A program made the translations under genes and the position numbers. A stretch of DNA of 64,000 nucleotides from Candidatus Calditenuis fumarioli (lineage in GTDB: Archaea > Thermoproteota > Nitrososphaeria_A > Caldarchaeales > Calditenuaceae): assembly GCA_030059665.1 (NCBI GenBank), contig JANVYR010000001.1, positions 64,001-128,000 on the forward strand, in the 5' to 3' direction. Within the stretch, counting starts at the first letter, position 1. Every line of letters begins with the position of its first letter. Shown here one piece after another: positions 56,246 to 64,000 of the stretch. The notes under the pieces are model-generated. The model made no database searches. It saw only the letters and a list, made by a program, of their open reading frames with translations, and had not been told where the DNA came from.

Positions 56246-57224
56246 GGGGAGGGAAACGGTCCTCGCGGTCGACATCGGTGCCAGCAGGATCAGGGCGGCC
56301 CTCGTCGACCCGTCCGACCTCGGGGTGATGGCCATCACGGAGACGCCCACCCCCCAGTCTCCGGACCCGGAGGCGATACCCAGGGCGCTGGTCAGGCTGG
56401 TCAGGGAGGGTCTCCGCGTCGAAGGGGTGAGGAGAGCCGGGATCGCGTCGATAGGCCCGATCGATTCGAGGAGGGGCGTGATAGAGCTGGCTCCCAACGT
56501 CGCCGGCAGGCCCAGGTCCATCCGGGTGGCCGAGGCGCTCTGGGACGAGCTCGGGATCACAGAGGTCTACATGGCCAACGACTGCAACGCGGCGGCCTAC
56601 GCCGAGCACTTCGCGAGGTCTGGGGAGGAAACGGGCGACCTGCTCTACGTCACGGTGAGCACCGGGATAGGCGGTGGCGCGGTCCTCGAGGGGAGGCCGG
56701 TCCTCGGCCGGAAGGGGAACGCGGCGGAGATCGGCCACTCGGTCATAGACCCCTCAGGTTACATGGGTTGCGGTTGCGGCGGTGCGGGCCACTGGGAGGC
56801 CTACTGCTCCGGAAGGAACATACCGCGTTTCGCGAGGAGGCTCGCCGAGGACGGCGAGTTGCCGAGGGATAGCGCGCTCTACCGGCTCGTCGCGGACGGC
56901 GATTTCGAATCCCGGGAGGTCTTTGAGGTCTACCGGAAAGGCGACGAAGCCTCAAGGCCCTTCTTCTCAAGGCTGGCTGTGCTGATGGCCGCAGGGCTCT
57001 CGACCGCGATCAACCTCTTCTCGCCGGACCTCGTGGTGCTCGGGGGTGCGGTCTTCCTGAGGAACGAGGACTTCTTCGCATCAGAGGTCCTTCCGAGGCT
57101 GAGGGGTTTCCTGATGCTCCGGGAGCCGAGGATCGAGAGGCCCCGCTTCGGCGAGCTGTCTCCCCTGATGGGTGCCGCCCTCCTGGCGATGCACAGGGTC
57201 GAGTCGGCTCTGGTGAAGCTTTGA
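56202..57224 (+). CDS. ROK-family sugar kinase (start uncertain)
   Basis: DIGAS, ANDCNAAA, STGIGGG, AEIGH, CGCG..GHWEAYCSG. Confidence 0.9.
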   Translation: MMRTSSIRPGPGPTEGRETVLAVDIGASRIRAALVDPSDLGVMAITETPTPQSPDPEAIPRALVRLVREGLRVEGVRRAGIASIGPIDSRRGVIELAPNVAGRPRSIRVAEALWDELGITEVYMANDCNAAAYAEHFARSGEETGDLLYVTVSTGIGGGAVLEGRPVLGRKGNAAEIGHSVIDPSGYMGCGCGGAGHWEAYCSGRNIPRFARRLAEDGELPRDSALYRLVADGDFESREVFEVYRKGDEASRPFFSRLAVLMAAGLSTAINLFSPDLVVLGGAVFLRNEDFFASEVLPRLRGFLMLREPRIERPRFGELSPLMGAALLAMHRVESALVKL

Positions 57225-57283
57225 GCAGCCACCTCCCCTCCCTCACGATAGCTCTATTTCGGCCACAGTAGCGTTCGGTCCCG

Positions 57284-59098
57284 GTGAGCTCCCAGGGCAA
57301 CGCCAGGAAGGTGATAGTCCCAGACACGAGCGTCCTGATCAACCGGACCCTCAGCAGGATGATCGAGTCCGGAGAGCTGCAGGACGCGGAGGTCGTGATA
57401 CCGATACCGGCGCTCGACGAGCTCCAGGCGCAGGCCTCCAGGGGGAGGACCGAGGGGAAGGTCGGGCTGGAGGAGATCAAGAGGATCAGGGAGCTCGGCG
57501 CCGGAAGGAACGTCACGGTGAGGTTCTCCGGTGAGCGGCCGACGCTGGAGGAGATCAAGCTCGCGAGAGGTGGAAGGATAGACGCGCTGATCAGGGACGT
57601 GGCGAAGAGGGAGGGCGCGGTCCTATACACGTCCGACTACGTCCAAGCGCTGGTGGCGGAGGCCGAGGGCGTACCGGCCGTCTACGTCCCGAGACCGGAG
57701 GAACCCCTCAGGCTCTCGATCGAGGAGATGCTGACGCCAGACACGCTGAGCCTCCACCTCAAGGCGGGAGCCCCTCCGATGGCGAAGAGGGGTAGACCTG
57801 GAGCGATGAGGCTCGTCAGGCTGAGGGACGATCCAATCACGGAGGAGGAGGTCCAGCGCCTGATAGACGAGCTGCTCTGGGCCCTCAGGAGCTCCAAAGA
57901 AGGAAACGTCGAGATCGTGAGGTCGGGTGCGATGGTGGCTCAGCTGGGAGACCTCCGCATCGCCATCGCGAGGCCTCCCTTCAGCGACGGCCTTGAGCTG
58001 ACGGTCGTGAGGCCGATCGTCAGGATGTCCCTTCAGGACTACGGGCTGAGCCAGAGGCTGATGGACCGTTTGACGAACAGGGCTGAGGGCATCCTCATCG
58101 CCGGCCCACCGGGTTCCGGCAAGACGACCTTCGCCTCCAGCCTGGCCGAGTACTACGCGAGCCTCGGTCGGGTCGTGAAGACGCTCGAGTCCCCGAGGGA
58201 CCTGCAGGTGGGACCGCACATCACGCAGTACGGTCCGCTCGAGGGCGACTTCGAGAAGACGCTGGAGATCCTGCTGCTGGTACGACCGGACTACACCATC
58301 TTCGACGAGATGAGGAGGCCGAAGGACTTCCAGGTGTACATCGACCTGAGGCTCGCGGGCGTCGGGATGGTGGGCGTGATCCACGCGAGCGACCCGATAG
58401 ACGCGATACAGAGGTTCCTGGACAAAACGGAGCTGGGGATGCTGCCGCACATCGTCGACACGGTGATCTTCCTCAAGGACGGAGCCGTCCAGAAGGTCTA
58501 CGAGCTCTCTTTGACGGTGAGGCTGCCGACGGGGATGAAGAACGAGGACCTCGTCAGGCCGGTGGTGGAGGTGAGGGACTTCGAGACCGGTGAGCTCGAG
58601 TACGAGATCTACACCTACGGAGAGGAGCGGGTCGTCGTCGCGGTGGGGAAGGGAACGTTGAAGGAGGTGGGGGATCGGGTCTCGGCGCTTTTCAGGGCCC
58701 GGGGACTGCAGGCCCCTTCGCTCGAGTACTCCCCGGATGGCACGATCGCGGTTCTTGTCGACAGGGCGGAGTTCGAGCGGCTTCCGCGGGACCTCGTCAG
58801 GCAGGTGAAGGACCTCGGACGGAGGTTCGGGGTCAGGTTGAGGCTGAGGCCGGTGCCCCCGTCGCTGGGGAGGGAGCTGGACTTCTCCTTGACCGAGTCG
58901 GGCAACTCGATCGTCTTCCAGCTGAGGGGCGTCCAGACCGGGAAGCAGGTGACGGTTTACCTCGACGACGAGTACGTGGTGACCCTCACGGTCGGCAAGA
59001 ACGGGAGGGTTAGAGTGGCGAAGGACTCGGACGCTGGCAAGGCACTTCTGGCGGGCCTCGCTGAGGGACGGAGGGTCAGGTTCTTCGCGGCAGATTAG
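57284..59098 (+). CDS. PIN-ATPase-KH protein (PINA family)
   Basis: VPDTSVL PIN domain, GPPGSGKTT, ESPRDL, RPDYTIFDEMR, C-terminal KH-like region. Confidence 0.9.
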   Translation: MSSQGNARKVIVPDTSVLINRTLSRMIESGELQDAEVVIPIPALDELQAQASRGRTEGKVGLEEIKRIRELGAGRNVTVRFSGERPTLEEIKLARGGRIDALIRDVAKREGAVLYTSDYVQALVAEAEGVPAVYVPRPEEPLRLSIEEMLTPDTLSLHLKAGAPPMAKRGRPGAMRLVRLRDDPITEEEVQRLIDELLWALRSSKEGNVEIVRSGAMVAQLGDLRIAIARPPFSDGLELTVVRPIVRMSLQDYGLSQRLMDRLTNRAEGILIAGPPGSGKTTFASSLAEYYASLGRVVKTLESPRDLQVGPHITQYGPLEGDFEKTLEILLLVRPDYTIFDEMRRPKDFQVYIDLRLAGVGMVGVIHASDPIDAIQRFLDKTELGMLPHIVDTVIFLKDGAVQKVYELSLTVRLPTGMKNEDLVRPVVEVRDFETGELEYEIYTYGEERVVVAVGKGTLKEVGDRVSALFRARGLQAPSLEYSPDGTIAVLVDRAEFERLPRDLVRQVKDLGRRFGVRLRLRPVPPSLGRELDFSLTESGNSIVFQLRGVQTGKQVTVYLDDEYVVTLTVGKNGRVRVAKDSDAGKALLAGLAEGRRVRFFAAD

Positions 59099-59545
59099 TC
59101 ACGCCTCGACGAACTTCTGACCGGACTCCTTGAGCCTCTGCCTGACGAGCTTGTAGCGCGTGACCCGGTACTCGTCGTAAGCCGCCAGGGCCGCCGAGGC
59201 TGCGGGCACCAACGCCAGCGGAGGCCCGAGCAGCAGCGCCAGCAGGGTCGAGGATGCCACGCCTACGACGTGCCCGACACGTGACCTCGTCAGAACTAAG
59301 ACCGCGCCGACGAGGGAGGGCGCGAGGGCGACGGCCGGGTTGACGGATGACGTGAGGAGGAGGTAGATGCCCGAGGAGAGCAGGATGAGGGCCGAGGCGT
59401 AGGCGTAGACTGGTGACGGGCTTCGGACGACCTCCTCCACCGGGACGAGCGTGTAGTGCCTTCCGCACGAGGGACACACGGCCTTCCATGCCTGGAGCCT
59501 GAACTCCCTCTCGCAGTCGGTGCACCTGAAGAGCCTGGTCTCCAA
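59099..59545 (-). CDS. Zinc-ribbon membrane protein
   Basis: CTDC..CPSC followed by about 3 hydrophobic segments. Confidence 0.6.
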   Translation of the reverse strand: METRLFRCTDCEREFRLQAWKAVCPSCGRHYTLVPVEEVVRSPSPVYAYASALILLSSGIYLLLTSSVNPAVALAPSLVGAVLVLTRSRVGHVVGVASSTLLALLLGPPLALVPAASAALAAYDEYRVTRYKLVRQRLKESGQKFVEA

Positions 59546-59605
59546 CCCACTCCTTGAATTCCCTGCCCTCTCTTGAACGTATGCCGTCGGCGCGGTTCCG
59601 CTCGT

Positions 59606-60841
59606 TCAGCCGGGCGGCTCCTCTCTACGCCGTGCAGGCTCCGGTCCCAACGTCCTCCGCAGGTACTCCTCGAAGGGGATCGGTGCGTTCCAAGAGACCA
59701 GAGCGGGGTCCGGGTCCTTCAGGTGGTGGCCGGTGGCTATGCAGACGTAAACCTCATCGCGTGCCAGGAAGCCCTCCTCCGCCCCCTTCTTCAGCAACGC
59801 TATAGGTGCGGCCCCAGCCGGCTCGGCCGCTATCCCCTCGGTGGTCGCCATGAGCCTCATCGCCTCCAGTATCTCTTCGTCGTCGACGCTGTAGATCCAA
59901 CCGTCTGAGCTTCTCACCGCTCTGACGGCCCTCATCCAGTTGACCGGCCTACCTATTCTTATCGCGGACGCAACCGTCTGCGGACTCTCGACCCAAACGG
60001 GTTCCTCAGAGCCCGTCGAGAACATCCTGGCGAGCGGTGCCGCGCCGGAGGACTGGACTCCGATCATCCTGGGGACCGCATCGGTCAGACCGTGATCTCT
60101 CAGCTCCTCGAAGCCCTTCCAGATCGCTGCGATGTTGCCAGCGTTCCCCACCGGGACAACCACGTTGAGCTCGAGCGAGCCGTTCAGCTGCTCCCAGATC
60201 TCGAAGGCCGCCGTCTTCTGGCCCTCCAGCCTCCAGGGGTTGACCGAATTGAGGACGTGGGCTCCGAGCTGCTCAGCACGATCCAGGACGATCCTCAGCG
60301 CGTCGTCGAAGCTCCCCGAGACCTCGCAGATCGTCGCCCCGAAGAGCCTCGCCTGGAACAGCTTCCCCGACGCGATCCTCCCCTTGGGGATCAGGACGAC
60401 GCACTCGATGCCTGCCCTGGCAGCGTACGCGGCCAGCGATGCGGACGTGTTCCCGGTCGATGCGCAGATGACCCTCCTCGCACCGGCCTCGAGGGCTACG
60501 GTCACGCCGACGCTTATCCCTCTGTCCTTGAAGCTGCCCGTCGGGTTCATCCCCTCGAGCTTCACGTAGAGCTCTTTGACGCCAACGGCTTTTGCGAGCC
60601 GCTCGCACCTCACCAGCCTCGTCATCCCCTCGCCCATGCTGACAGGCTTTCCGAAATCGGGCAGAAGCTCCGCGTACCTCCACATGCTCATCACCCTTCC
60701 CTGGAGCCTCTCCCGGTCGAAGACCTCGTCGACCCTCACCACAACCTCGAGAAGACCACCGCACCGCTCGCAGAAGACCCTCCTGAGGCTGAACGGGTTC
60801 AGGTGACCGCAGGCGATGCACCTCAGCTCATACCGCTTCAC
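59606..60841 (-). CDS. thrC: Threonine synthase
   Basis: CIACG..CERCGG, NPTGSFKDRG, ASTGNTSAS, PVGNAGN, TGHHLKD. Confidence 0.93.
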   Translation of the reverse strand: MKRYELRCIACGHLNPFSLRRVFCERCGGLLEVVVRVDEVFDRERLQGRVMSMWRYAELLPDFGKPVSMGEGMTRLVRCERLAKAVGVKELYVKLEGMNPTGSFKDRGISVGVTVALEAGARRVICASTGNTSASLAAYAARAGIECVVLIPKGRIASGKLFQARLFGATICEVSGSFDDALRIVLDRAEQLGAHVLNSVNPWRLEGQKTAAFEIWEQLNGSLELNVVVPVGNAGNIAAIWKGFEELRDHGLTDAVPRMIGVQSSGAAPLARMFSTGSEEPVWVESPQTVASAIRIGRPVNWMRAVRAVRSSDGWIYSVDDEEILEAMRLMATTEGIAAEPAGAAPIALLKKGAEEGFLARDEVYVCIATGHHLKDPDPALVSWNAPIPFEEYLRRTLGPEPARRREEPPG

Positions 60842-60854
60842 GATCCGCAGCCCC

Positions 60855-61049
60855 TCAGCTCAGGATCGCCACGATCCCGGATAGGACCAGCAGCCCGCCC
60901 ACGAAGACCGTCAGCGCCGGAACGACCTCGCCGACCGCGTTGGGGACCGACGTGGCTCCGGCAATCACCGTAAGCCCCAGGTAGACCAGGATCGCGCCCA
61001 TCGCCTTCGCCAAGGCCCTCGCAGCCAGCCGCGCCCACCTGCCGGTCAA
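60855..61049 (-). CDS. Small two-TM membrane protein
   Basis: Two hydrophobic helices; directly upstream of thrC. Confidence 0.5.
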   Translation of the reverse strand: MTGRWARLAARALAKAMGAILVYLGLTVIAGATSVPNAVGEVVPALTVFVGGLLVLSGIVAILS

Positions 61050-61252
61050 GAACCCACCGCCCCCTCCGCGCAGCCGCCTTCATTTGTATTTCATGGGGGT
61101 CGCTGAAGCCCGTAATAACGGGGGACAGAGGCCCTAGCCCGGAACCTCCAGGTACCCGAGACGACCGGAGCACCCGCCAACCCGATCACGGGACCGCGCC
61201 TCTGGGGTGGACTAGTCAACGATATGAGCAGGTCGACAGATCAATTCTCAGG

Positions 61253-62488
61253 TTGTCGAGGAGGCTGGAACCCGAGGTCGTCAGGGCTGACTTCCCCATC
61301 TTCAGCGACCCGAGGTGGAGGGACCTGATCTACCTGGACAACGCCGCGACCACGCAGAAGCCGAGACAGGTCCTTGAAGCGATAACCGAGTACTACTCCC
61401 GCCTGAACGCGAACGTCCACAGGGGCGTTTACGAGCTGAGCGTTGAGGCGACTGAGGTCTACGAGCGATCGAGGCGCAGGGTTGCCGAGTTCATCGGAGC
61501 TCGGAGCTGGAGGGAGGTCGTCTTCACCAGGGGCACGACGGAGTCGATCAACCTGGTTGCCTACGCATGGGCCCTCAGGAACCTGAGGAAGGGCGACAAG
61601 GTCGTGGTGACCGAGATGGAGCACCACAGCAACGTAGTTCCTTGGCAGCTCGTCTGCTCCCTGACTGGAGCAACCCTAAGCTACCTGCCCGTGACCGACG
61701 ACGGGTACCTCGACCTCTCGTCCCTCGACGCTCACCTCAAGGGTGCCAGGGTCTTCGCTTTCACATACGCATCCAACGTCTTGGGGACCATCAACCCAGT
61801 GAGGGAGCTGGTCAAGGCGGCGAGGGAGCACGGAGCCGTCACGGTCGTCGACGCGGCCCAGTACGTCCCCCACGCTCCAGTCAACGTCTCCGATATCGGA
61901 TGCGACTTCCTCGCCTTCTCGGGTCACAAGATGTGCGGCCCGATGGGCATTGGCGTCCTCTACGGCCGGAGGGAGCTGCTGGAGGAGATGGAGCCGTTCC
62001 AGGGAGGCGGGGAGATGATCAGGGAGGTGAGGTTCGACGGCTCGAGCTGGAACGAGGTGCCCTGGAAGTTCGAGGCGGGAACACCTAACGTCGAGGGCGC
62101 TGTTGGCATCGCGGCCGCGATCGACTACCTCTCCCAGTTCGGGATGGACCAGGTCAGGTCTCACGATTTGAGGCTGACGGAGAAGGCTCTGGAGGTCCTC
62201 GCGGAGGTGCCGAAGATCCGCATCGTCGGCCCCGAGAGCGCCAGGGACAGGTGCGGTCTGGTCTCCTTCACGCTCGCCGACATACACCCGCACGACCTCG
62301 CCGAGTTCCTCGATCGGAGGTTCAGGATCGCCGTGAGGGCCGGGCACCACTGCGCCATGCCTCTCCACACGAGGCTCGGCCTCACCGCTACGACCAGGGC
62401 CAGCTTCTACCTCTACAACTCGGAGCAGGAGGTGGAGGTTCTGGCGAGAGCCCTCAGGGAGGCCCTCTCGTACTTCAGGGCCGCTTGA
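61253..62488 (+). CDS. sufS: Cysteine desulfurase, SufS type
   Basis: YLDNAATTQKP, EHHSN, SGHKMCGP, EAGTP, RAGHHCA. Confidence 0.95.
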   Translation: MSRRLEPEVVRADFPIFSDPRWRDLIYLDNAATTQKPRQVLEAITEYYSRLNANVHRGVYELSVEATEVYERSRRRVAEFIGARSWREVVFTRGTTESINLVAYAWALRNLRKGDKVVVTEMEHHSNVVPWQLVCSLTGATLSYLPVTDDGYLDLSSLDAHLKGARVFAFTYASNVLGTINPVRELVKAAREHGAVTVVDAAQYVPHAPVNVSDIGCDFLAFSGHKMCGPMGIGVLYGRRELLEEMEPFQGGGEMIREVRFDGSSWNEVPWKFEAGTPNVEGAVGIAAAIDYLSQFGMDQVRSHDLRLTEKALEVLAEVPKIRIVGPESARDRCGLVSFTLADIHPHDLAEFLDRRFRIAVRAGHHCAMPLHTRLGLTATTRASFYLYNSEQEVEVLARALREALSYFRAA

Positions 62489-62526
62489 GGATGAAGCTAA
62501 ATGCGGGACACGGGCGAGTTGAGGCG

Positions 62527-62904
62527 ATGAGGAGGGTCGTGCTTACGGAAAGGGCTCCGAGGCCCGTCGGTCCGTACTCGCAGGCGATCGTCGCCAACGG
62601 CTTCGTCTTCGTCGCGGGCCAGGTCCCTATAGATCCCGAGACCGGGAGGGTCGTCGAGGGAGGGATCAGGGAGCAGACGAGGAGGGTTCTGGAGAACGTG
62701 AGGGCCGTCCTCGAGGCGGCCGGTTCCTCGCTGGAGAAGGTCGTGAAGGTAAACGTCTACCTGAAGCGCGCGGAGGACTTCGCCGCAATGAACGAGGTCT
62801 ACTCGCAGTACTTTCCTCGTGAGCCACCCGCAAGGACGACGGTCGTCGCTGGGATGGTGAGGGACGAGTTCCTGATCGAGGTGGACGTGATAGCCGTCGC
62901 ATGA
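62527..62904 (+). CDS. ridA: RidA/YjgF enamine deaminase
   Basis: PVGPYSQA, AGQVP, MNEVY..YF...PPARTTV, IEVD. Confidence 0.93.
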   Translation: MRRVVLTERAPRPVGPYSQAIVANGFVFVAGQVPIDPETGRVVEGGIREQTRRVLENVRAVLEAAGSSLEKVVKVNVYLKRAEDFAAMNEVYSQYFPREPPARTTVVAGMVRDEFLIEVDVIAVA

Positions 62905-62923
62905 GTCTGTGTGCTGATGTGAC

Positions 62924-63418
62924 ATGAGCCCTCTACCCTCGCTACTGCAGATTGTCGAGCTGGTTGTTGCTGCGGTAGTCCTGGCTGTGGTGCTGATTTC
63001 CATCAGGCTCCTGGTCAGGAGGATAGAGCGGCACTACCCCGACGCGAGCAAGCTGTACTACTTCATCACCAGCATCGTCGTTATAACAGCAATAGCAATC
63101 GCAGCCTACCGTTACGGGCTCGTCGACCTGCTGGTGGGTTCGCTCACGGCCATCGGCGCTATGGGAGTGGTGCTGGGCCTGGGGCTCGTTCCGTGGGTGA
63201 GCGACGTTTACGCAGGCCTCATGCTGATGCTCAACCCTCACATCAAGATCGGCACCGAGGTCGAGGTCGCAGGGAAGAGGGGCAGGATAATCCTGATCAC
63301 GCTGACGACAACGCGCATCGCAGGCGACGACTGCATCATCATCGTCCCCAACCGGAAGTTCCGGGACGAGATCGTCGTGATCTACGGCACAAAGCCTTCC
63401 GAGAGGACCTTCCTCTGA
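62924..63418 (+). CDS. Small MscS-family protein
   Basis: Three TM, D..AG....P.IKIG.EVE, VPN. Confidence 0.75.
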   Translation: MSPLPSLLQIVELVVAAVVLAVVLISIRLLVRRIERHYPDASKLYYFITSIVVITAIAIAAYRYGLVDLLVGSLTAIGAMGVVLGLGLVPWVSDVYAGLMLMLNPHIKIGTEVEVAGKRGRIILITLTTTRIAGDDCIIIVPNRKFRDEIVVIYGTKPSERTFL

Positions 63419-63419
63419 C

Positions 63420-63737
63420 TCAGTACCTCATGATCTGGACGTGCTTGACGCCCCCCACGTCCCTGCACGCCCTTTCGGGGACGAGGCCCTCCCTCACGGC
63501 CCTTCCGACCACGCCGTTCCCCACGAGGTTCACGATGGTGACCTGCGCTATGAGCGACCTGACCTCCTCCCAGCTCGCGAGCCTGCCCATGTAGAAGCTC
63601 TCCGAGACGAGGACCTCGAAGCCGTCGGCCACCTTCAGCCTCCTACCGAGCAGGTCCCTGTCGCAGGCCGCCAGGATGATTTCGCCCGTGTAGGAGTGGT
63701 GGACCTTCATCCAGTACTTCTCGTCGCCTTCGTCCAC
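63420..63737 (-). CDS. DUF424-family protein
   Basis: ILAACD..LLG, FY.G, IVNLVG. Confidence 0.8.
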   Translation of the reverse strand: MDEGDEKYWMKVHHSYTGEIILAACDRDLLGRRLKVADGFEVLVSESFYMGRLASWEEVRSLIAQVTIVNLVGNGVVGRAVREGLVPERACRDVGGVKHVQIMRY

Positions 63738-63761
63738 GCAATTCGAGGGCCCGAGTGACGT

Positions 63762-64000
63762 TTAACCTTGCACCTGTCCGGTCTCCTCTGGAGCCCCTCC
63801 GAATCTCCTCCTCTCGCGGAGGAAGGCGAGGCTGATGGCAACGGCTACCCCCCAGAATGCACCCATCACCAGCATCGTCACCAAAACCGAGTTCAGGAAC
63901 CCCTGGAGGTTCTCCAGCACCGTGATCGGGACGTTGATCAGGTATGTCCCGTTGCTCCCGGAGACCGCGATTCCGGCGACGTACCTGCCTGGTCGTTCGA
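63762..64000 (-). CDS. C-terminal fragment of a membrane-anchored surface protein (partial)
   Basis: Manual translation ..PGRYVAGIAVSGSNGTYLINVPITV..TM helix..RERRR..*. Confidence 0.6.
   Translation of the reverse strand, partial: ERPGRYVAGIAVSGSNGTYLINVPITVLENLQGFLNSVLVTMLVMGAFWGVAVAISLAFLRERRRFGGAPEETGQVQG

Noticed and set aside
60-63758. Dozens of long overlapping or antisense ORFs in the track (e.g. 10315-11400, 21770-23011, 40665-41918, 48013-49281)
   Set aside because: Shadow ORFs expected at high GC; they lie opposite or out of frame to genes with clear family motifs and have no motifs of their own.

Overview
A GC-rich archaeal chromosomal segment, probably from a thermophilic TACK lineage such as Aigarchaeota/Caldarchaeales. 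That placement is inferred from the Ub-E2-E1 operon, BHB-intron tRNAs, type II GAPDH, TFB and aCPSF1. Most of the window is housekeeping: KEOPS (kae1, bud32), gap-pgk, cysS, aCPSF1, aIF2beta, SUI1, the exosome (rrp4/41/42) with SBDS, ABCE1, RNase P proteins, carS, tatC, guaA, coaBC, thrC and sufS. It also carries four tRNA genes (three with introns, one with two), a probable box C/D sRNA and a 12-repeat CRISPR array with no cas genes in the window. The most notable elements are five. (1) A eukaryote-like ubiquitin-E2-E1 operon whose ubiquitin is encoded already mature (ends GG-stop) and has no adjacent Rpn11 or small-RING E3. (2) About 8 kb away, a CBS-pair protein fused to a C4HC3 RING-like finger, a candidate nucleotide-sensing E3. 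(3) A two-subunit CuA heme-copper enzyme with Tyr->Glu and His->Met substitutions, i.e. an nNOR-type NO reductase rather than an O2 reductase. (4) An AT-rich ABC-ATPase plus PD-(D/E)XK-like gene pair between two tRNAs, a candidate defence module. (5) Directly upstream of that pair, an intact tRNA-Gly(CCC)-like gene with a highly non-canonical anticodon loop (GCCCCGG, no U33). All calls come from reading motifs by eye; no database searches were run.
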